This document shows positions 56,552 to 64,000 of a DNA stretch of 64,000 nt, in pieces. Location of the stretch: positions 62,001 to 126,000 of the forward strand of contig NIVC01000303.1 of NCBI GenBank assembly GCA_002269645.1. Reading direction: 5' to 3'. The position numbers and the translations under genes were made by a program. This DNA is from Macrostomum lignano. Its lineage: Eukaryota. Position 1 is the first letter of the stretch. Each line of letters starts with the position of its first letter. Below the pieces are notes generated by a model. That model saw nothing but the letters and a program-made list of their open reading frames with translations. It did not search any database and had not been told where the DNA came from.

Positions 56552-58065
56552 CATGAGGGCATATATGTGGCATGTATAAAACTGTTTAACCAAGCTGAAA
56601 AATCACAAATCAGTGGATTAAACAAACAAACAAAATAAAAAGAGATAGATCATTAAAACAAAAAGCCTGGTTAAAGCCAGAGAAAAAAAAATTAATTTTA
56701 TGTAGAGCAAAGCCAAAAGCTAGCCTATCACAATGATTCACAAAATGCTTTTTATGTGACTATATCCATATCCATATTATAACTGATTGAATTTGAATAA
56801 TAAGCAAGATTAAATTTTTATAATAATCCAGATACCAAAAAGAGTTAATTGTTCAGTTTTTATTCAATTGGCAGAATTTTGCTATATTTGTTTTATCTAA
56901 AAAAATAAATTTGTATAGCCTAGTTACTATTATAATATGGCTAGGAGCCTATATTGTACTTAATTTAATAGCTATAAAAGTAGCTTTAGCTTAGTTTAAG
57001 CCATTGAATATATTTATTATACTTTGAAGCATCAAATTTCTTGCATGATTTATAAGAATGTACATAGAATAAAATGGCATTATAAAAAATAAATTATGGA
57101 TGTATCTATATTGTCTATAGACAATAAATAAATTTAATTTAATTTAAAAGATATACTTAAACTTAAAGAACCATAGTATATTTTTATATAAAATAAATAA
57201 CCTAAATAAAAATATTAAAAATCAAGAACAAGTAGTAAGCCTAATAATAATATTGATAAGCCAAAATATTGTTCATTTAATATTTTATTAAACTTTAAAG
57301 TTTTTTTTTTCTATAAAAGCTTATAAAGTTGCCAATTAAAATTTTTATTTGACTTAATTTCTTTGTAGTGTCTATAAACTGGGAATAATGCTTGCTATAC
57401 TTAAATCAAGTAGGAATTTAATGATTAAAATTAATTAATGATTCAAGGTATTATAGGGGTTTTTCTATTTATTTATTTACAATGGCTTGATCCCACTGCT
57501 TAGCTACTAAAACTGTTGTAGGGGGTGTTTATTTATAGTTTGATCCTACCAGTTGTCAATAATTTGTTATGGGGCTCGAAATTACTAACTTTGCTTTATC
57601 AAATTATTACAGGGGATTTTTCGATGATTGGAGGAAAAATACACAATTTCTATTACAAATAGGAGTAAGCCTTAGGTTGCTCCTGGTGGCATGTTGTGTC
57701 CGAGTGGCAAGACACAGTTTTCTATTCAGTCTGGGGAAATATAAATGGGAGAGGTAATTAGGGCTTTGTGTTGGATTAGAGTTGCCTGGAGAATTTAGCG
57801 CACTGTGGGGAATTCTAGTGGTTGATAGGGAATGCTGGCATGAAGGACTGCTTGCTTCATGGGGAATTGGCGATAGAGATAGGGTGCCTGAGATCTGAAG
57901 GAATTGGGCAGTGACGTGGCAGTCTCTTCATTGTAGGGAGAGGGGCAGGGCGGCTCAGAGTGCTATTGTACGTTTGCAATGGAAAGGGGAAGAGGGTTGG
58001 GACAGGCCCGAGTCTTCTGGGGAGGCACTTGCGGGGAAAGGAAAGGGGTGACTGTGCATCTCTAT

Positions 58066-58361
58066 CATACATGCGCAACCTCCGAAATTCGGTCGGCCAT
58101 GCGACTTAGTTTTAACAAAAATGCGACGTAGTTTTTGACCAAAAATGCGACTTACATAAAAAAAACCCGAAAGCAAAATTAACGCAACTTTGGGTAAACG
58201 GCAGGAGTAACTATAACTGTCTTATTAAGCCAAAATGCCTCGTCAGCTACTTAGTACTACTAAGTACTAAGTTTTTGGGTGGGCATTTTTGCGACCTCCT
58301 TGGTTGGCCGCCAAATCGGTCGGCCGGATCGGCCGACTCGGCCGACTGTTGCGCATGTATG
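58066..58361. mobile_element. hAT MITE
   Basis: TIR CATACATGCGCAAC / GTTGCGCATGTATG; 8-bp TSD ATCTCTAT at 58058-58065 and 58362-58369. Confidence 0.9.
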
Positions 58362-59639
58362 ATCTCTATTGTATGGCTCGCCTCAAAAAGAGGGAAAGAC
58401 TGACAAACTCTAATATCTATTTTTAGAATAGCTGTTCATTGGGGCTCAAGAACAGGATAGAAGCTTGCATATACCAAGCACACAAGAGGAATAATTTTCT
58501 ACTGTATATTTTAGCTTGCTTTTATAGTAAATTTTATCAAAATGGCATACACGTTATAATAATTTAATATTTAGTTTTAAGCAATATAGACATGATTATA
58601 TATAAAATAGTGTTTAATGCTGAATAATTGTATTTATGAAAGTAATTGCATAGACTAAGTAAGAATAAAAAGAGATAATGCGTGTAATTTTATGTAGGCA
58701 TGAACTAGGGCTGCTACAAAGGCAATAAAATAATTATAGCTGCTTGTCTTATAGATTATATCTTATAAATGTCAATTGTTGATAACAATACCACAATGCT
58801 GAAAGTTAAAGTTCATATTAGCTCCATGTCTTACTTTTTCTTAGATAATTTTACTATCAATAATGGGTAAACCATAGTCTCATAGATGCCCTTTTTGGTA
58901 CCAATTTCCTTATGGATGGGCCTTTGAATATCTCTGCTGCAAAGAGCAAAGCCATTTCCACCAACATGTAGCTGCATGCTTAGTGCACACAGCACACTGA
59001 AATGCTACTACACAACAATCAGTGTTGGTATACCATAGGCAGTGTGCAGCGGTGCAATGCAGGATAGTCAAATCAGCTCATAAATCATAAATCACAATAT
59101 GAAGCTTATCAATCAGGACCAAATAAATTGAATGAACACTCTGGTTTATGTAGATATGTTTTTTGATTTCCAAATTAATAAAAACTTTTTTAGATGTTTC
59201 AAGAAATGTTTATTGATTTATATGATATAATAGTATTTGTAGTAGTATTCCTTGGCTTTGTTAATCTCTCTCAGCTGCAAGGGGCAGGGCTTTGCAAATC
59301 AGCAGTCAAATTTTTATGCGATATTCTATGGTTAGCCTTGCTGACCAAAGTTGGCCAGAATGGTTTTTCTAATTATCTGGCCTCAGCATAAAAAGGTTAA
59401 ATGAATTAAAAAAACAAAATTTACTTGTTTGAATAGTAATTGAATAGATAATATGCTATATTTTTGCAATATTTTTATACTTTTATACTATATATGGTGT
59501 ATAATGCAATAAATTATATATTGGTATACAATACAAAGCATTAACACTTAATAATTAATAAAGAATCTGTTAAATTATGTACAAGTCCTATGTATATATG
59601 TCATTAAATATTAAAGTATGGTCTGCAGTTTATAGTCTA

Positions 59640-60322
59640 CAAGCTGTTGAAACCCGCGGATTTTGAACCCGGGGAATTCCAATCCCCGGAACTACTTTTG
59701 CATGTATTCTGAAATCTAAGGCCATACACAAACAAATTAATGTTAGTAGGATAGAGGTAGACATAAAATGGAGCACATTCGTGTAAAATTAGGGTTTGAA
59801 GCAAACGTTGATATTGTTTGCTGGGGTACTCCACAGAATGCCAGGCAATGTCTGTCTCTGACTCTAAAACATGTATTGGCAAACTCTGGCCTCTCCCTGA
59901 CTCTCCCTATGTCCCTTGGATCCTTTAAAATTTCTATCGTCTCTTCTGTTTCCTTTCTTCTCTCTCAAACCTCGTCTCTCGTCTCTCCTCTCTCTTCTCT
60001 CGTATCTTCCCTCATCTCTCTTCTCTTTCATCTCTCTTATCTCATCTCTTCCCTATTCTTTTCTCTCTCCTCCACTCTCTCCTTTCTACTTTTCGTTTTC
60101 TCTCTCCTCTCCTCTCTCCTCTCTCCCCTCTTCTCTCGTCTCTTCCCTCACCTCTTTCCTCTCTCTCTCTTTCCTCTCATCTCTTTTCTTATTTTATCTC
60201 TTCTCTCTCCCCTCGTCGCTTGTCTCTTCCCTCGCCTCTCTTCTCTCTCGTCCGCTCTTTCATCTCTCCTTTCTCTTCTTTTATCTTTTATCTTATCTCT
60301 TCTCGTTTCTCTCTGCTCTGCG

Positions 60323-60400
<78 letters not shown>

Positions 60401-62385
60401 CCATCTCTCTTCTCCTCTTCATTCTCCTATTTCCTCTTCTCTCCCCCTGTCTCTCCTCTCTCCTCTAGTCTCTGTAATCACTTCTCTCTTATCTCTCCTC
60501 TGTTCTCTGTACTCTCCCATCTCTCGTCTGTTCATCTGCTCTCTCATCTGTCATCTTTACTCTCTTATACGTTCTCTCACTTATCTCCTCTGTACTCTTT
60601 TCTTTCACCTCTTTTGACTCCTCTCTTTCCTTACTCCTTTCTTCTTTTCTCTTCCCTCTTCTATACTCTCTCTCCTCTTTTATCTTCTCTCGTCTCTATG
60701 CACTCTCCTCTCACCTTTTTCATCTCTCATCTCTTCTTTTATCTGTCTCATCTCTACAATCTCATCTTTTTCCTCTCTCCTCCTCTTCCCTTTACTCTCT
60801 CATCTCTCCTTTCTCCCCTCTTCTTTCACCACTCTCTTATCTCTATCTCTTCTCTTCTCACTCCTCTCTCCCCCTCTTATCTCCTCTCTTCTTTATCCTT
60901 TCTACTCTCTCCTCTCTAATCTCTCCTCTCCTCTTGACTCTCTGTCATCTTCTTTCTGCTCTCTCATCTCTACTCTCTTCTCAATCTTCTCTACTCTCCT
61001 CTCTCATCGATCCTCTGTCTCATCTCTCCCCTCTTCTCACCTTTACTCTTTCCTCTCCTTCCTTTCTCCCCTCCTCTCGCTTCTTCCTCCCTTCTTCTCG
61101 GCTCTCTCCTCACCACTTTTCCTTTTCACTTTCATCTGCCCCTCAGCTATGAGCTGGATTCTTTATCTGGCCTTTGAGGTAAAAGTCTGCCCATCCCTGC
61201 TTGGAAAGCCAGTTTGTGGGACGTCACTCTCATGGTTGTTCTCATGCTTTGATCATGTCATCTTTCTTGCCAATTTGCAGCCCTGAAAGGAATTTGTGTA
61301 TCTTCAGCTCCACTGCAGTCTGCATCAGTCTAACAACCAAGGAAACACGCATTTCTTAGGAGGCCATTTAATAATTACACAGTTAAAAAGAACCTTTAAA
61401 AAAGAAACCTAAAATTTCCGTGGTGTGCCTAATTTAGTAGGGTTGTATTGCATCGCATCGAATTTTCATAAATCTTTCGCTTTTACAAACCATGCTGGAT
61501 AGTGGATTCCCTCGATTTGCCATTTGCCAATGCCATCCACTGTTACACTGCTGCAGGTGCAGAGTTTGCCAATACAGAGGGGAGGGCAGTGGTTGGAATT
61601 TCTCACTAAACTGTTTTGGCTAAACGTAGCCTCTCCACTCTCGGGGTGCAGAGAAGGCTATTAAAAAGTTATTCCAAAACACTGTACGTTGCCATGTACA
61701 TTCAGTCCTATCGCCTGACCCTTCGTCTGGCTCTGGGGGAATGAGTGAGTGACGAGTGAGTGGCACAAACAACAGAAAAAGCAGACAAACTTCACACGCC
61801 TACAGTTTCTTTTCTGAATGAGTTAGAGAAGTTGTAACTTTACATTTAGACAGAGAATGAGTCAATGAAGAATTGTGTCAAGTTTAAAGTCAATCGCTTT
61901 ACGTGGAGCAAACTTATGGCAGCTGAAAGTTAGTCAATTTTGAAACCCTTTTACACATCTGGGCCCAGATCGGTATCGGGAAAGAGAGGCAGGCGGGCGG
62001 AGGTTGGGGTGGTTGCTACGCTGAAAAAAACAGCCAACTTTAAAAGTGCACAGCGGCTTTCAGGATTAACTTTGAGATTTGAAATTTTACACGATTGTGT
62101 CAAAATAGTTGAAAACTGCCTGTGTCAAATTTGAAGAGAATCGGTAAAAGTGGAGCGGCGCTATGGAGGATTAAGTGAAAAAATCGCGCATTTTGAGCAG
62201 TTTTTTGCACTTTTAGGTAGGAAGACTCAAATTTAGGAAATTAAAAGGTAGCCTAAGACATTCTCCGTAGTAAGTTTAGGGTGGGTGTAAAGTTTGGTGT
62301 AATTTGGTTGAGCGGTTTGGGAGTCCATAGCGAAGTAATTTGTCCACAGACAGACAGACAGAGTTTTGATTTTTATAGGTAGAGA
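59640..62385 (-). mobile_element. Non-autonomous Helitron, copy A
   Basis: Minus-strand 5' end TCTCTACCTATAAAAATC...(CTGT)n, as in Lep1-like Helitrons. The 3' end has a GC-rich hairpin followed by CTTG and a flanking T. Internal CT-rich expansion at ~59930-61140. Confidence 0.7.
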
Positions 62386-64000
62386 CAAGCTGTTGAAACC
62401 CGCGGATTTTGAACCCGGGGAATTCCAATCCCCGGAACTACTTTTGCATGTATTCTGAAATCTAAGGCCATACACAAACAAAAACTTGTTAATAGTTAGT
62501 TAGTAGGATAAAGGTAAACAAAAATGGAGTACATTCGCATACAATTAGGATGTGAGGCAAACATATTGTTGGCTAGGGGTGCTTTTACTTTAAATAGGCA
62601 ATTACGAGTAATGTCTGTCTGACTCTAAAACATGTATTGGCAAACTCTGGCCTCTGCCTCTGACTCTCCCTACATCCCTTGGATCCTTTGAAACTTCTAT
62701 CTTCTCTTCTGTTTCCTCTCTTCTCTCTCGTCCCTTGTCTCTTTTCTCCTCTCTTCTCTTTTTTCTCTCTCCTCTCTCCCCTCTTCTCTCGTCTCTTCCC
62801 TCATTTCTCTTCTTTTTCATCTCTCTTATCTCATCTCTTTTCTCTTTCCTCTCCTCGCACTCTTCTCTTATATTTTTCTTCACCTCTCTTCTCTCCTCTT
62901 TATTTGCTCTCTGATCTCTCCTTTCTCTTCTCTCTCTTCTCTTTTATCTATTTTCATTTCTCTCTGCTTCCCCCTCTCTCTCTGCTTCCCCCCTCTCTCT
63001 CTCTGCTTCCCCCCTCTCTCTCTGCTTCCCCCCTCTCTCTCTCTGCTTCCCCCCTCTCTCTGCTTCCCCCCTCTCTCTCTGCTTCCCCCTCTCTCTCTCT
63101 GCTTCCCCCCTCTCTCTCTGCTTCCCCCCTCTCTCTCTCTGCTTCCCCCCTCTCTCTCTGCTTCCCCCCTCTCTCTCTCTGCTTCCCCCCTCTCTCTGCT
63201 TCCCCCTCTCTCTCTCTGCTTCCCCCCTCTCTCTCTGCTTCCCCCTCTCTCTCTCTGCTTCCCCCTCTCTCTCTGCTTCCCCCCTCTCTCTCTGCTTCCC
63301 CCTCTCTCTCTGCTTCCCCCCTCTCTCTGCTTCCCCCCTCTCTCTCTCTGCTTCCCCCCTCTCTCTGCTTCCCCCCTCTCTCTCTCTGCTTCCCCCTCTC
63401 TCTGCTTCCCCCTCTCTCTCTGCTTCCCCCCTCTCTCTGCTTCCCCCTCTCTCTCTGCTTCCCCCTCTCTCTCTGCTTCCCCCTCTCTCTCTGCTTCCCC
63501 CTCTCTCTGCTTCCCCCCTCTATCTTATCTCTCCTCTCCCATCTTTCTTCTCCTCTCTACTCTCTCCCCTCCATTCTCCTCTTTTCTCTCCTCTCGCCTC
63601 ACTCACTTCTCTCTCCCTTTGTCTCTCCTCTCGTCTCTGTAATCTCTACTCTCCCATCTCTCGTCTGTTCATTTTCGTCTCTGCTCTCAGCTCATCCCCC
63701 CTCTTTCATCTGTCATCTTTACTGTCTTATATGTTCTCTCATTCTGTCCTCTCTGTACTCTTTTCTTTCACCTCTTTTGTCTCCTCACCTTCCTTTCTCC
63801 TTTCTCCTCTTCTCTTCCCTCTTCTATATACTCTCTCCCTCTCTTGTCTCGTCTCTTCTCTCTCCACTCTCCTCCTTTATCTCTCATCTCTCATTTCTCA
63901 TCTCTCCTTTTTCCTCTTTACTAACTCCTCTCTGCTCTTCTCTCTGCTCTCCTCTCATCTGCAGCTCTCCGCTCTCTCCTCTCTACTCGCTCCTCTACTC
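62386..64000 (-). mobile_element. Non-autonomous Helitron, copy B (3' part; runs off the window)
   Basis: 62386-~62720 repeats 59640-~59960. It carries its own CT-rich and CTCTCTCTGCTTCCCC expansions. Confidence 0.65.

Noticed and set aside
57857-58480. THAP-like RRL..VPTLFP motif on the minus strand, split by the hAT MITE
   Set aside because: The C2CH ligands could not be found; too weak to call.
59768-61152. 383-aa and overlapping Leu/Ser-rich ORFs
   Set aside because: Translations of the CT-rich tract inside the Helitron.

Overview
Eukaryotic (animal) genomic DNA with spliceosomal introns and a very high load of transposons and tandem repeats. The GC-rich exons, the (GACA)n/(TTAG)n arrays and the 16-bp GGTGCTGGCGCCCCTT satellite resemble a Macrostomum-type free-living flatworm; this is inference and not verified. 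Four intact-looking spliced genes can be built with phase-consistent GT-AG introns: a Q-rich four-TM (MS4A/CD20-like) protein, an SLC10 sodium/bile-acid symporter family gene, and a head-to-head pair of paralogues with a SUMO-like domain. A fifth gene (signal peptide + PAN-like + ConA/LamG-like) is intronless and disrupted. Mobile elements include a Ty1/copia element with identical LTRs but a broken pol, Merlin, piggyBac, mariner, Crypton and RTE relics, several hAT/foldback MITEs with verifiable TSDs, two tRNA-derived SINEs and two head-to-tail Helitrons. The most unusual signals are: (1) an array of 6-7 units of 'LTR-end + tRNA-Leu primer-binding site' separated by unique spacers at ~630-965; (2) sharply bounded CpG-free, TpA-rich domains with RIP-like decay; (3) two SINE insertions with near-identical target sequences; (4) the SUMO-like gene pair. 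All coordinates and alignments were read by eye; no database searches were run.
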